Below are positions 9,911 to 20,132 of a stretch of 64,000 bases of DNA, in pieces. Origin of the DNA: Deltaproteobacteria bacterium. Its GTDB lineage: Bacteria; Myxococcota; B64-G9. The number at the start of each line of letters is the position of its first letter. The stretch's first letter is position 1. Made by a program: the position numbers and the translations under genes. The notes beneath the pieces are model-generated. The model saw only the letters and a list, made by a program, of their open reading frames with translations. It had not been told where the DNA came from and made no database searches. The stretch covers positions 43,097-107,096 of the forward strand of contig JAFDKH010000020.1 of the NCBI GenBank assembly GCA_019307065.1, in the 5' to 3' direction.

Positions 9911-11290
9911 TCAGGGCGGAAACACAAATTCATCGCGAGATCTATACTTGAGACATTTGAAAACCGGGTTTTGAGAACCCTCCGACTGCAGCCGGGCTTG
10001 TTCAAGCAGATCGGCCTTTAACTGTTCGAGTCGCAGGCCTTTGGTTTCAGGCGCCGATGAAAAACCGCGCAGCTTGGCGGCGATTGACTGAGCAAAAAGC
10101 GAACCACCCAGCTTCTCATGCCGAATATTTGTCTCGCCCTTTTTCGAGGCTGCCAAAATACATACCGGCTGTCTGGCCTTCAAGACTGGCATACCAGCCC
10201 CGGTGCCGTCTGCCTGGATTCCATCAATCAGCAGCAGCAGCCTGGGTATGCTTTGCGACTGATTGACCATGTCAACAATGGACTGAAGGTTGAGCGGTAA
10301 ACCTTTTCGACCAAACGAACCCTTGAACGGCAAAGCAAAAACGTCTGCATTTTTGGCTGCCTTGACCGGCCCCGTATAGGCAAAGATCATCAGATCGTTG
10401 TAGTCGGCATTCACTAACAGATGCTGCCATTCGTCCAATATCTTTTTCACGGACACGTTCTTGGGCAACAACACTCGGACATTGCCGATTGAACGTAAAC
10501 TCTTGTGCTCGAGTGCTGCGCCCAGCGCCTTGGCATCGTCTTTAACAAATTTGTAAGATTTATCCGCCGGCGATTTCTTCTTAGGCGACCCTAAGGCTAC
10601 TATCAGAGCATGTACTCGGCCTCCCTTGGCCGAACAATTGTCACCCTGACAGCGACCGAGACATTTCTTGACGACTGGACCCTTTTTAGGCTTGGCCATA
10701 AAACAGACTTCTTTTTCGTCCGGCTTGAGTTCAACCTGGGTCACAAACTCGTGACTGCGATGGCTGGGAATCAAGCCGCCTTCGAGTAGATATGGTTTCT
10801 GCATGGCGGATGTCTGGACGAAGAGTTTCTCCAGTCCGTAACCAAGCACCATGCCGCGAACAAATTCCATAACCGAAAAACGGTACTTCTTGAAAAAACA
10901 AATAAGTGCTGGTCGCCCGCGTTTGGGAACTCGCATGATCAGCAACCGAAAGGTATCAATCCGCCCCTTACTGGAGAATGTCCGTACGCTGACCAAATTG
11001 GCGCCTTCGGCCAGCTTCACCCGGGCAGTTTTGACCTGATAACCCTTCTTGGGGCTTGTCTGGATGATAACTGAAGAAAATTTGTCGGCCAGATGTACAG
11101 CCCGTATTCCCCTACCCCCAATGCCAAAACGCAGTTTCATAGACCCTGCTTCGGTCAGAACAACTGACTTTCGGGCGACTCCCGACATGGTTTTCTTGAC
11201 CCCCAGAAAGCGTACATAGACATCCGGAGCACCCAGGGCCGGCGGCGTAAAAATGCTTGCAAATAAAAGGCTAAATATGATCGTTCGCAT
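9911..11290 (-). CDS. Secreted protein with degenerate caspase-like (peptidase C14) C-terminal domain
   Basis: Signal peptide; HALIVAL..DDAKAL..DLMIFAYTGP..LLLIDG..ILAASKKGE..GSLFAQ..QNP follows the C14 motif order. Confidence 0.55.
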   Translation of the reverse strand: MRTIIFSLLFASIFTPPALGAPDVYVRFLGVKKTMSGVARKSVVLTEAGSMKLRFGIGGRGIRAVHLADKFSSVIIQTSPKKGYQVKTARVKLAEGANLVSVRTFSSKGRIDTFRLLIMRVPKRGRPALICFFKKYRFSVMEFVRGMVLGYGLEKLFVQTSAMQKPYLLEGGLIPSHRSHEFVTQVELKPDEKEVCFMAKPKKGPVVKKCLGRCQGDNCSAKGGRVHALIVALGSPKKKSPADKSYKFVKDDAKALGAALEHKSLRSIGNVRVLLPKNVSVKKILDEWQHLLVNADYNDLMIFAYTGPVKAAKNADVFALPFKGSFGRKGLPLNLQSIVDMVNQSQSIPRLLLLIDGIQADGTGAGMPVLKARQPVCILAASKKGETNIRHEKLGGSLFAQSIAAKLRGFSSAPETKGLRLEQLKADLLEQARLQSEGSQNPVFKCLKYRSRDEFVFPP

Positions 11291-11356
11291 AACGTATCTT
11301 GACGTTTCTGTTTTCGAAAAGGTCTGTAAACGGGCCAACACTTCCAGGGCCGGCCC

Positions 11357-12403
11357 TTATAAAGCAATCTTGCTCTCGGCCATACGTGGAAACGGGTAGA
11401 CCTCATGGACATCCTTGAGGCCTAGAATGGCATAGGTGAGTCGCTCAATTCCAAAACCAGCTCCAGCACAAGAAATTTCGCCAGCCGCGATGTCCATCAC
11501 GGAGAAGAGCTCGAAAAACGGAGCAAAATATTCCATCGGATAGTTCAGGTCACGCATGCGCTGTTCCAGGTCGGTGATCGAACGGGTTCGCTCGGCCCCT
11601 GAAAGGCACTCGACTGGATGGGGATTATCACCACAAGGCGGTAAAATGACGTCGTAGTTTAAGTACTTGCCCGAAGATTCGTCTAGACAGTCATAGGCCT
11701 CGCGAGCCAGGTTGACCAGCATGAAAGGCTTGTCTTGAGCTGGCTTGGATAAAAAACGCTCGACAGCGTCGTCATCAGGTAAGTTGTTCTTCTTTTTCAC
11801 TTCTTGAATGTCGAATATTGGCAAGGGCTCAGCCAATTCGGGTAATGCTTTCCCCCTGATTTCGGAAACTACCTCGCCATACTGATCGGCCAGAAATTTA
11901 TAAAGTCGTTGGAACAGGCTGGATATGAATTTTAACATATCGTCGTAAGTGCCATTACGCTTTTCGAAATCGACTTGCATGAATTCAGATACGTACTTGT
12001 ACTCCTTGCGCGCTATCCTCATTTCCATTCGAATGTTTGGCGAGGCCCAAAAAACTTTATCGACCGGCGACAACATGACCATCAAGATTTTCTGCAAAAT
12101 CAGAGATTGGGTAATCGAAACCTCTTCACCGTAGTAGTTGACCCGGGCCGGATAGGTCCAGTGGTTGAGCGGGTCGGTACAGCCGGCCAGCATATATACC
12201 GGCGGATGAACATAACCGACCGCAATCAACTCATTACTCAAAAACTGCTGAATCGCCGTGCGGATCTCAAGTATCTTTTGCAGTCGGGGGTTGGCCAGTG
12301 AGATACGGGCCTGCTCCAGCGCGGAAAGAACCAAAGGATCGTCGAGATTTACCGGCTCGATTCGGTGAATACCGAGAGTAAGAGAGTTTTTTCGCCTGGT
12401 CAT
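11357..12403 (-). CDS. asnA: Asparagine synthetase A, AsnRS-paralog (archaeal type), no anticodon domain
   Basis: TDPLNH, class II aaRS motif 2 (SPNIRME..SEFMQVDFE) and motif 3 (GAGFGIERL..PFPR); 348 aa with no OB-fold. Confidence 0.7.
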   Translation of the reverse strand: MTRRKNSLTLGIHRIEPVNLDDPLVLSALEQARISLANPRLQKILEIRTAIQQFLSNELIAVGYVHPPVYMLAGCTDPLNHWTYPARVNYYGEEVSITQSLILQKILMVMLSPVDKVFWASPNIRMEMRIARKEYKYVSEFMQVDFEKRNGTYDDMLKFISSLFQRLYKFLADQYGEVVSEIRGKALPELAEPLPIFDIQEVKKKNNLPDDDAVERFLSKPAQDKPFMLVNLAREAYDCLDESSGKYLNYDVILPPCGDNPHPVECLSGAERTRSITDLEQRMRDLNYPMEYFAPFFELFSVMDIAAGEISCAGAGFGIERLTYAILGLKDVHEVYPFPRMAESKIAL

Positions 12404-12486
12404 TTCTTGTGCCTGCCTTTCAGTGAGACTGATTATTAGCCAATGACAGGCACTACCGCAAGCTGATTCACTCTTGAGATTCTAGC

Positions 12487-13449
12487 CTAGATACCAGCCC
12501 CCTCGTCGAAGCGCTCTTGCCTGACCTCGGCTTGGGTCACCCGGCTGCCGGGCGGTACATTATGGGTCAACCAGATATTGCCGCCGATGGTCGACCCGCG
12601 TCCGATTGTTATCCGGCCCAGGATGGTGGCGCCCCCGTAGATGATGACATCGTCTTCAACAACCGGGTGCCTGGCTATACCTTTTATCGGGTTACCGTCT
12701 TTATCCAGAGGAAAGCTCTTGGCCCCCAGTGTCACACCTTGATAAAGACGTACTCGTTTTCCGATTACACTGGTTTCTCCGATGACTACCCCAGTGCCGT
12801 GATCAATGAAAAAATATTCGCTGATAGAAGCTCCCGGATGAATATCGATTCCAGTCAGGCTGTGGGCATACTCAGTAATAATTCGAGGCAAGAGCGGAAT
12901 ATCGAGTTTGTGAAGTTCATGTGCCAGGCGAAAGTTAGTTATCGCCAGAATTCCCGGATAGCACAAGATCGCCTCGTCCGGAGTATTTGCCGCTGGATCT
13001 CCCTCATAAGCCGCCTGGACATCAGTAGCCAGGACTCGGCGTACTTCTGGGAGGCTCGATAAAAACTCACCGGTTATCGACTTGGCCTTCTCTTCGCACT
13101 GCGGACAATCGGGCTCTTCTCTGTCACAAACAAAACACATGCCCCGTTTTACCTGAATGCGCAGAGACCTAAGCACTCGGTCGAGAGTTGCTCCGACGTA
13201 GAAGCGTTCACTTTCGTCGTTTAGTTCCGAGGTCCCGAAGTAGCCTGGAAACAATACCGACCGCAAGGATTCAGTGATTTCAACCAGGGCTTCGCGTGAA
13301 GGCAGAATGTGTCTACCCTGCGGAGTAGTCCGCTGGCGGGCCAGGCCGTTGCTAGCCGCACAAATGATGTCGACAACCCGCGGAAGATCATTTTCTTCCG
13401 GTTTCACATTTTTCGCGACCGGTTTACAGGTTTTGCATTCGTCAAACAT
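12487..13449 (-). CDS. cysE: Serine O-acetyltransferase (long EpsC-like form)
   Basis: GIDIHPGA, IDHGTGVVIGET, LYQGVTLGA, RHP hexapeptide repeats; lies downstream of cysK. Alternative TTG start at 13473. Confidence 0.92.
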   Translation of the reverse strand: MFDECKTCKPVAKNVKPEENDLPRVVDIICAASNGLARQRTTPQGRHILPSREALVEITESLRSVLFPGYFGTSELNDESERFYVGATLDRVLRSLRIQVKRGMCFVCDREEPDCPQCEEKAKSITGEFLSSLPEVRRVLATDVQAAYEGDPAANTPDEAILCYPGILAITNFRLAHELHKLDIPLLPRIITEYAHSLTGIDIHPGASISEYFFIDHGTGVVIGETSVIGKRVRLYQGVTLGAKSFPLDKDGNPIKGIARHPVVEDDVIIYGGATILGRITIGRGSTIGGNIWLTHNVPPGSRVTQAEVRQERFDEGAGI

Positions 13450-13462
13450 TGTTGCGTCAGCC

Positions 13463-14386
13463 TCACTCTTCAAAAAGCCAGGTGCTCAAATATCGTTCGC
13501 CGGTGTCCGGTAGAACCACGACAATCATTTTACCATCGTTTTCTGGCCGCATGGCAACCTCGGCTGCCGCCCAGGTATTGGCGCCCGAAGAAATACCCGC
13601 CAGGATCCCTTCTTCACGCGCTAGTTTTCTGGCCATGATTCCGGCATCCCGGTTGCGCACTTTGACCACTTCGGAAACCAGGTCCATGCGCATGACATCC
13701 GGAACAAATCCGGCCCCGATCCCCTGTATTTTATGTTGACCGGGCTTGCCGCCCGAAAGCACCGCAGAATCGGCGGGCTCGACTGCAATGCTCTTGAACG
13801 ATTGCTTGCGCTTTGAAAGCGCTTCGGAGACACCTGTAATCGTGCCGCCGGTTCCCACTCCGGCAACCAGGATATCAACCTTGCCGTCGGTGTCATTCCA
13901 GATTTCTTCGGCGGTTGTCAGGCGATGAATCTCGGGGTTGGCTGGGTTCTTGAATTGCTGCAACAGTAAATAGCGCGAATCAGAATCAACCAACTCCTGG
14001 GCTTTATTGATTGCAGCGGGCATCCCTCCAGAACCAGGCGTGAGCACCAGTTCGGCGCCAAATGCAGCCAGGAGCTTGCGGCGTTCAATTGACATTGTGT
14101 CGGGCATGATCAATGTCAACTTGTAGCCTCTGGCAGCCGCTACAAAGGCCAAACCGATTCCAGTGTTGCCACTGGTAGGTTCTACAAGAATCGTGTCAGT
14201 CTTGATATCCCCTGCTTTCTCGGCCGCCTCAATCATGTTCAAGCCAATCCGATCTTTGACACTCGAACAAGGGTTGAAACTTTCAAGTTTGGCCACCAGC
14301 CGACCCGGCATGTTTTTACCAATTTTATCGAGTTTGACTAAAGGTGTATTGCCCACCAATTGAGTAATATTATCAAAGACAGTCAT
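13463..14386 (-). CDS. cysK: Cysteine synthase A
   Basis: SVKDRIG PLP lysine, [32 protein letters not shown]. Confidence 0.96.
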   Translation of the reverse strand: MTVFDNITQLVGNTPLVKLDKIGKNMPGRLVAKLESFNPCSSVKDRIGLNMIEAAEKAGDIKTDTILVEPTSGNTGIGLAFVAAARGYKLTLIMPDTMSIERRKLLAAFGAELVLTPGSGGMPAAINKAQELVDSDSRYLLLQQFKNPANPEIHRLTTAEEIWNDTDGKVDILVAGVGTGGTITGVSEALSKRKQSFKSIAVEPADSAVLSGGKPGQHKIQGIGAGFVPDVMRMDLVSEVVKVRNRDAGIMARKLAREEGILAGISSGANTWAAAEVAMRPENDGKMIVVVLPDTGERYLSTWLFEE

Positions 14387-14410
14387 GTCAGCCTCCCGTC
14401 GTAAATATCT

Positions 14411-14851
14411 CTAGATGTGAAACATGTTTGCTTGTTTTTCCATTGCCTTTTGCTTGGCGGCGATCTGTTCAATTGTGTAAGAAGCCAGAACATTCCTGAC
14501 TGCATCTCCAACTTCATGCCATATTTCTCGAGCCACGCATTGATTAGTATTTTCACACAAGCTGACGTCCAGCAGACAATCGACCGGCAGGAATGGTCCT
14601 TCCAGCGCCTGAACAATCTCGCTGGCCAGAATATCCGAGGGCGGCTTGGCCAAGACATAGCCGCCCCCGGCACCTCTAATCGATCTGACCAGCCCAACCT
14701 TTTTCAGGTTGACTAGCATACTATGCAGGTACTTGCGGGAAATCTTTTGACACTCAGCGATCTCACTCATCATCGTGGGACCATTCCCATAGCGATTAGC
14801 CAGCTCAAGCATTACTCTCAAGCCATAGCGTCCTTTGGTGGAGATTTTCAT
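14411..14851 (-). CDS. Rrf2 family regulator (CymR/IscR-like) heading cysK-cysE
   Basis: MKISTKGRYG, SIRGAGGGY, three C-terminal Cys. Confidence 0.9.
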   Translation of the reverse strand: MKISTKGRYGLRVMLELANRYGNGPTMMSEIAECQKISRKYLHSMLVNLKKVGLVRSIRGAGGGYVLAKPPSDILASEIVQALEGPFLPVDCLLDVSLCENTNQCVAREIWHEVGDAVRNVLASYTIEQIAAKQKAMEKQANMFHI

Positions 14852-14964
14852 TTGGTGTCCCTCGGTTATAATCCATAAAGTCACTAGACAATAACCAGAA
14901 GCAATCTAAATGTCAATGGATTTGTAATTGTATACTAAATATGTCGACTTTGTAGATTTAAATA

Positions 14965-15008
14965 TTGACTTCTCAACATTGTTTCTGGTATTCCGGTACC
15001 GTAATACC
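14965..15008 (+). promoter_or_regulatory. Sigma-70-like promoter of the Rieske operon with an overlapping 22-bp palindromic operator
   Basis: TTGACT at 14965; TG-n-TATTCC -10; GGTATTCCGGTACCGTAATACC (14987-15008) is a near-perfect palindrome. Confidence 0.5.
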
Positions 15009-15042
15009 CCAATAGGTTTTTTCTATTCGCATGGAGATAATC

Positions 15043-15555
15043 ATGGGCAATGAGAAACCGGGAGTCAATTCTACTCAAAGCACAATAAAGCAGACCAATG
15101 AATCATCGAGCACGGGCAAGAGTCGACGAGACTTCCTGGCCAATACTCTGATGGGCACCGGCCTGGTTGTCAGCCATCTATTTGCCGGCGGCCTCGGTCT
15201 TCGCTACCTCTACCCCGCAAAGAAAGATCGCCGCCAGAGATTGTTCGTCGGCCTCAAGTCTGAGATTCCACTAGGAACTGCACAGCCTTTCAAAACGCCC
15301 CAGGGCACAACCGTTAATGTAGTTCATTCGACCAACGGGTTCATAGCGCTGTCCGACGTCTGTCCCCATCTCGGATGTCGAGTTCATTGGGAGTCGCAAA
15401 CCAATGAGTTCATTTGCCCATGTCACAACGGCCATTTTGATGCCAGCGGAGCACCAACTGCCGGTCCTCCGGCTGAAATGGGAGTCGGTCTGTCCAAGTA
15501 CAAGGTTGTTGTCGACTCAGATGTGGTCTTCATCGAAATGAGGGTAACCACATGA
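15043..15555 (+). CDS. Rieske [2Fe-2S] subunit
   Basis: Tat motif SRRDFL; CPHLGC and CPCH boxes. Confidence 0.93.
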   Translation: MGNEKPGVNSTQSTIKQTNESSSTGKSRRDFLANTLMGTGLVVSHLFAGGLGLRYLYPAKKDRRQRLFVGLKSEIPLGTAQPFKTPQGTTVNVVHSTNGFIALSDVCPHLGCRVHWESQTNEFICPCHNGHFDASGAPTAGPPAEMGVGLSKYKVVVDSDVVFIEMRVTT

Positions 15556-16607
15556 AGAGTCTAAGCCTGACCATCACTGATTGGTTTAGATCGAGGTTCC
15601 CGGTCGACCGCGATAGCATTCTACTTAGCTTACAAGAACCGGTTCCCAACCATCTCAAGAAGTGGTGGTGGTGTCTGGGCGGCATGCCGGCCTATCTATT
15701 CGTTGTTCAAGTAGTGACCGGCATCATGCTGGCCTTTTACTACGTTCCGGATCCCTCCCAGGCCTATGAAAGTGTCTGGCGCATATCTCACGAGATACCT
15801 TTCGGCTGGTGGGTTCGCAGCTTGCATAAATGGTCGGCCAACCTGATGATAGTCACGGTCATTCTGCACGTCATGCGAGTCTACTTCACGGCCGCCTATC
15901 GAAAACCACGTGAATTGAACTGGATATTCGGCGCTGTCCTGTTAATTGTTACTCTAGTTTTCGGGTTCACCGGCTACACTCTTGTTTACGAGCAGCTGTC
16001 CTATTGGGGAGCTACCGTCGCGACCAACCTGGCCGAAGCAGTTCCGGTTATCGGCGATTTCTTGGCCCGCTTTATCCGCGGTGGAGATGTCGTCGGGGCC
16101 AGCACCATCACTCGCTTCTATATTCTTCATATCATAATACTACCAACTGCGATCGCGATTTTTCTTGTGCTCCACATTATGATGGTCCGTAAACACGGCG
16201 TAACCGAGTTGCACTTCAAAGACGAAAAACCTGGTGCAGAAAAAACTTTTCGCTTCTTCCCTGATCATATTTTGACTGAGTTGATGATTGGAATAGGCTT
16301 GCTGATAGCCATCTCGGCAATCGCGGTTATTTTTCCTCCTGAACTTCAAGAAAAAGCCAATCCGCTGGTAACACCTGCTCATATAAAACCGGAATGGTAC
16401 TTCTATTTCACGTTCCGCTGGCTGAAACTCACCGGTCTTACTATGGCGATGGTTACTCTTGGGCTGGCCGGAGCAATCTTCGTGTTCTGGCCGTTAGTTG
16501 AACCATTAATTAATCGTCTTTTTAAACGAGATGTCTCAATACCGATTGGCATCATTGCCGTTATTGGAATTCTGGCCCTGACTATTTGGGAAGCAATCGC
16601 ATACTAA
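15552..16607 (+). CDS. Cytochrome b of a Rieske/cytb complex (b6-like, fused to subunit IV)
   Basis: Haem His in RSLHKW, LHVMR and LHII..LHI; PEWY motif; WCLGG Cys at the position matching the b6 haem ci site. Confidence 0.92.
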   Translation: MKSLSLTITDWFRSRFPVDRDSILLSLQEPVPNHLKKWWWCLGGMPAYLFVVQVVTGIMLAFYYVPDPSQAYESVWRISHEIPFGWWVRSLHKWSANLMIVTVILHVMRVYFTAAYRKPRELNWIFGAVLLIVTLVFGFTGYTLVYEQLSYWGATVATNLAEAVPVIGDFLARFIRGGDVVGASTITRFYILHIIILPTAIAIFLVLHIMMVRKHGVTELHFKDEKPGAEKTFRFFPDHILTELMIGIGLLIAISAIAVIFPPELQEKANPLVTPAHIKPEWYFYFTFRWLKLTGLTMAMVTLGLAGAIFVFWPLVEPLINRLFKRDVSIPIGIIAVIGILALTIWEAIAY

Positions 16608-16635
16608 CGCGATTCTTTTTGCAAGGAGATTGCGG

Positions 16636-18039
16636 ATGAGTCTAAACGCCAAACGCATCATTGTCGCGGTACTGTCATTCCTTTTTCTGATAACACTCGT
16701 AATCGTTGCCTGGGTTGAAGGCCTGAAGGAGCGGGTCCAGGCGGAACCAGATCCCGTTCTCTCGGGTGACAACCAGCCATGCTACAACTGCCACAAAGAA
16801 AAAACTCCCGGCGTTACTGCCCAGTGGAACGACAGTAAGCATTCCAAGGTTGGAGTCGGCTGCTACGATTGTCACGAGGCCAAGGAAGGCGACGTTGATG
16901 CCTGGCACCACGAAGGTAGACTGATTGCCACTCTAGTGACTCCCAAGGATTGCGGCCGCTGCCACCAGGATATCGCGGCAGAGTTCCAGGACAGCCATCA
17001 CGCCAAGGCCGGGCAAATTCTGGGCTCGTTAGACAACATCCTCGGAGAAATTATTGAAGGTCCACCAGCCGCCAATTCCGGTTGTCAACAGTGTCATGGA
17101 TCGAAGATAGCCTTTCAGACTGACCCTAAGGGAAACATCCTCAAGGATAAAAGCGGCAAGCCACTCCTTGACGACGCAACCTGGCCCAACTCGGGAATCG
17201 GACGAATCAATCTAGATGGCACTATAGGAACATGCTCGGCATGCCACTCGCGCCATCGTTTCTCGCTGGAGATGTCGAGACGACCTGACAACTGCGGCAA
17301 ATGCCACCTCGGTCCGGATCATCCCCAGAAGGAAATCTACGATGAGTCCAAACATGGCATCGCCTTTGTGACTGCAGATCATCAGGGGAAAATGCATCTG
17401 GATGATGAACACTGGGTGGTCGGTGAGACATATAGTGCCGCCCCGACTTGTGCTACCTGTCATCTGAGCGCCACTCGCCGGCAAAAGGCAACTCATAATC
17501 CCGGCAAACGTATTTCCTGGACATTGCGACCGGCCATATCCAAAAAGATGGATAACTGGGAAGATAAGAGACGCAACATGCAGGATGTTTGCTCCAGTTG
17601 TCATGCCCCGGACTGGATCAATGGCTTCTATAGCCAATACGATCGGGCAGTAACACTCTACAATGAAAAATTCGGCAAACCTGCGACAAAAGTGATGGCT
17701 GCCCTGCGTAAAGCCAAGCTAGTAAACGCTACTCCCTTTGATGAGGAGATTGAGTGGATCTACTTCTTCCTCTGGCACCACGAGGGACGCCGGGCCCGAA
17801 TGGGCGCTTCGATGATGGCACCGGACTATACCCAATGGCACGGTTTCTTCGAGGTTGCCGAACGCTTCTATATGAAACTGATTCCGAAGGCTGAGGAACT
17901 GGCCGAAGGTCACCCTGAGGCGAAAGAGGTTATCGACTCTGTGATGGATATGGAAATGCATCGCTGGAAAAAAGGAATGAGCAAAGAACAGGCCGAAAAG
18001 ATCAGGTCTTTCTACAAGAAACGCTATGGCCAGGAGTAA
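16636..18039 (+). CDS. Membrane-anchored octaheme cytochrome c, HAO-like family
   Basis: 8 CxxCH motifs; CHLGPDHPQKEIYDESKHG and WHHEGRRARMG..PDY..WHG are HAO-family signatures. Confidence 0.88.
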   Translation: MSLNAKRIIVAVLSFLFLITLVIVAWVEGLKERVQAEPDPVLSGDNQPCYNCHKEKTPGVTAQWNDSKHSKVGVGCYDCHEAKEGDVDAWHHEGRLIATLVTPKDCGRCHQDIAAEFQDSHHAKAGQILGSLDNILGEIIEGPPAANSGCQQCHGSKIAFQTDPKGNILKDKSGKPLLDDATWPNSGIGRINLDGTIGTCSACHSRHRFSLEMSRRPDNCGKCHLGPDHPQKEIYDESKHGIAFVTADHQGKMHLDDEHWVVGETYSAAPTCATCHLSATRRQKATHNPGKRISWTLRPAISKKMDNWEDKRRNMQDVCSSCHAPDWINGFYSQYDRAVTLYNEKFGKPATKVMAALRKAKLVNATPFDEEIEWIYFFLWHHEGRRARMGASMMAPDYTQWHGFFEVAERFYMKLIPKAEELAEGHPEAKEVIDSVMDMEMHRWKKGMSKEQAEKIRSFYKKRYGQE

Positions 18040-18041
18040 CG

Positions 18042-18662
18042 ATGAACTCGACCCCGGCAAAAATCGACCTGAACGATTCGGCTCTGGCAGGTCGTCTACT
18101 CGATAGTCTCGAACATCTTAAACTGGCGGCTTCTGATGATCCCGTCGAGGCTGCTTTGGCAATTGCCCTGGCGATAAGAATAGCCCAGCTCTTTTGCTAT
18201 CAGCGCCTGAAAAGAATCGCCGGGCAATTCCCAGCCACAATCCAAACACTGCTGAGGACGCCAAAGATACTCCAGAACTCAGCCTTAACCGACCCACAGG
18301 AATTCATCGAGTTTTTGGACCTTATAGATTTAATGTCAGAAACAGATTTAAAATGTATTGCTCCGCGACTTCATCGCGGCTGGCAGGACAAAGTCCAAAG
18401 CTGTCAAAGTGCCCGGCAACTGACTCAAGCTGAACTTAAATACACAATTGATGCTGATATGCGTAAGTCTCTGTTGCTGGCCCTTGAAATATACAATCGC
18501 ACATATTTGCTTCCACCGCCGATAACTTTTGAGTCGCAAGCTGTCAAACAAGCCTTGGCAAGTTTGCTGGTCCTAATCGAGAAGCTGGTGCCCGAGGTTG
18601 ACCGTGAGAAGCTGTTACCAATAATTGCCAAATTGCGCTCTTCGAATGGAACTCAAGAGTAG
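18042..18662 (+). CDS. Hypothetical protein in the Rieske/cytb/HAO operon
   Basis: Starts 2 nt after the octaheme stop; no recognised motif. Confidence 0.6.
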   Translation: MNSTPAKIDLNDSALAGRLLDSLEHLKLAASDDPVEAALAIALAIRIAQLFCYQRLKRIAGQFPATIQTLLRTPKILQNSALTDPQEFIEFLDLIDLMSETDLKCIAPRLHRGWQDKVQSCQSARQLTQAELKYTIDADMRKSLLLALEIYNRTYLLPPPITFESQAVKQALASLLVLIEKLVPEVDREKLLPIIAKLRSSNGTQE

Positions 18663-18669
18663 GAACTGA

Positions 18670-19086
18670 ATGACAAGATTGATTCAGCTATCAGAAGCCG
18701 CCAACCTGGCTCTGCACGCCCTGGCCTACCTGGGATTCCAGGATAGAAACAGGCTTGTTTCATCTTCTTCAATCGCCAATACCTTGGGAGCGTCTGAGGC
18801 GCATTTAAGTAAAGTTCTCAGAATGGCTGCGCGTTACGGGCTGGTTAGATCAACCCGGGGTGCCAAGGGCGGTTTCAGTTTGATACGAGATCCCGAACAG
18901 GTGACTTTACTCGAGATTGTCGAAATGATTGACGGCCCGATCGTCAAGGAATCTTGCCTTATGCCATCACAGATTTGCGTAGAAAATAAATGCATCCTTG
19001 GAAACTTGTTCGATTCACTCCACAAACTTGCCAGGCAACATCTATCGCAAGCTCACTTGAGTGATTTTCGGTTCAAATCTCTCTAA
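18670..19086 (+). CDS. Rrf2 family regulator
   Basis: ALHALAYL, HLSKVL, STRGAKGGF, three Cys. Confidence 0.9.
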   Translation: MTRLIQLSEAANLALHALAYLGFQDRNRLVSSSSIANTLGASEAHLSKVLRMAARYGLVRSTRGAKGGFSLIRDPEQVTLLEIVEMIDGPIVKESCLMPSQICVENKCILGNLFDSLHKLARQHLSQAHLSDFRFKSL

Positions 19087-19106
19087 TCGCAAACCGCTCA
19101 AATAGA

Positions 19107-20132
19107 TCAGGCCAGGTGGTACTTCTCGCGCAGCCGCGTCGAGAGCAGGCTGGTTGCCGAAAAGGCCTTTTCTACGGTCTTTTCGCCGTCCGGATTCACC
19201 AGACAACAGGTCGCCGGCGACAGCATGCTGCGCGACAATAGGAATTCCCGGTCAATCCCCCGGCTGGTGAGTTCCTGCCAAATCTCTTCCAGGCGTTCTT
19301 CGAGTGAATTCAGGTTCTCGCTTTCAAACGGCTCGAAATTGGCCGGTACGATTCCCCAAACCAGCACGCCGCCCCTGTCCAGGAATCGCTTAATCGAGGC
19401 TGAGTATTTTGAAAAAATCTCGCCGTTGGAATAGACATCGAGCGACAGGATATCGAGGTCTTGTCCCAGCAGGAAATCCCAGTCGGGATTGCCGCACAGA
19501 TGCACTCCGCGCGGCCTTTCAATCATTGAAAAAAAGTTCTCCATATCGGGTCTGGCCGCCTGGTCTGAGTAACCCGACAGCGCGCTGAAAATGAATTGCA
19601 GCCCGGGCTCGTCGACGAACATGAAAGCATCGGGGTGCAGTTGTTTGAGTCGGGATAATTGAGAGTTGACTCGCTTGGCCATGAATTCGAGCAAAAAAGG
19701 CCGAACCGTATCGTCAAATATGATTGGGCGATCGTCCTGGTCGAGAACATTGAACCCGAAACTTATCGGTCCTTCCATTTGGCCGCGGATAGATTTGCGA
19801 TCAGAAAAATCGTGCTCGAGGAAACGATGATAGACTGACGAATAGGTCCGGCTGATATCGAAATACTCGAGTTCTTCAAAATGGGCCAGGCAATCTTCCA
19901 ATTCGGCGATAAATTTATCCATCGAAAACCGCAGGGTCCTCTTTTCGAAGTCGACAACCGCGCCGGGAAAGTGCTCGGAAGCCTGGACATACATGTCCTC
20001 GTAATAACTGTAATGGGGCAACTGCGGCCAGAAAGGAACGTCCAGCCCAAGCGCCATTTCTAAAGCCCGATCGACATTCTTATGAGGCATGACCGCCATG
20101 GCCGTGGTCAGCAAATCTCCAGGTATCGGCAT
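19107..20132 (-). CDS. Cobalamin-independent methionine synthase-like (catalytic-domain-only/UROD-like fold) protein
   Basis: PFWPQLP, GPISFG, FVDEPGL, GVHLCG, WGIVP, SPATCCL. Confidence 0.6.
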   Translation of the reverse strand: MPIPGDLLTTAMAVMPHKNVDRALEMALGLDVPFWPQLPHYSYYEDMYVQASEHFPGAVVDFEKRTLRFSMDKFIAELEDCLAHFEELEYFDISRTYSSVYHRFLEHDFSDRKSIRGQMEGPISFGFNVLDQDDRPIIFDDTVRPFLLEFMAKRVNSQLSRLKQLHPDAFMFVDEPGLQFIFSALSGYSDQAARPDMENFFSMIERPRGVHLCGNPDWDFLLGQDLDILSLDVYSNGEIFSKYSASIKRFLDRGGVLVWGIVPANFEPFESENLNSLEERLEEIWQELTSRGIDREFLLSRSMLSPATCCLVNPDGEKTVEKAFSATSLLSTRLREKYHLA

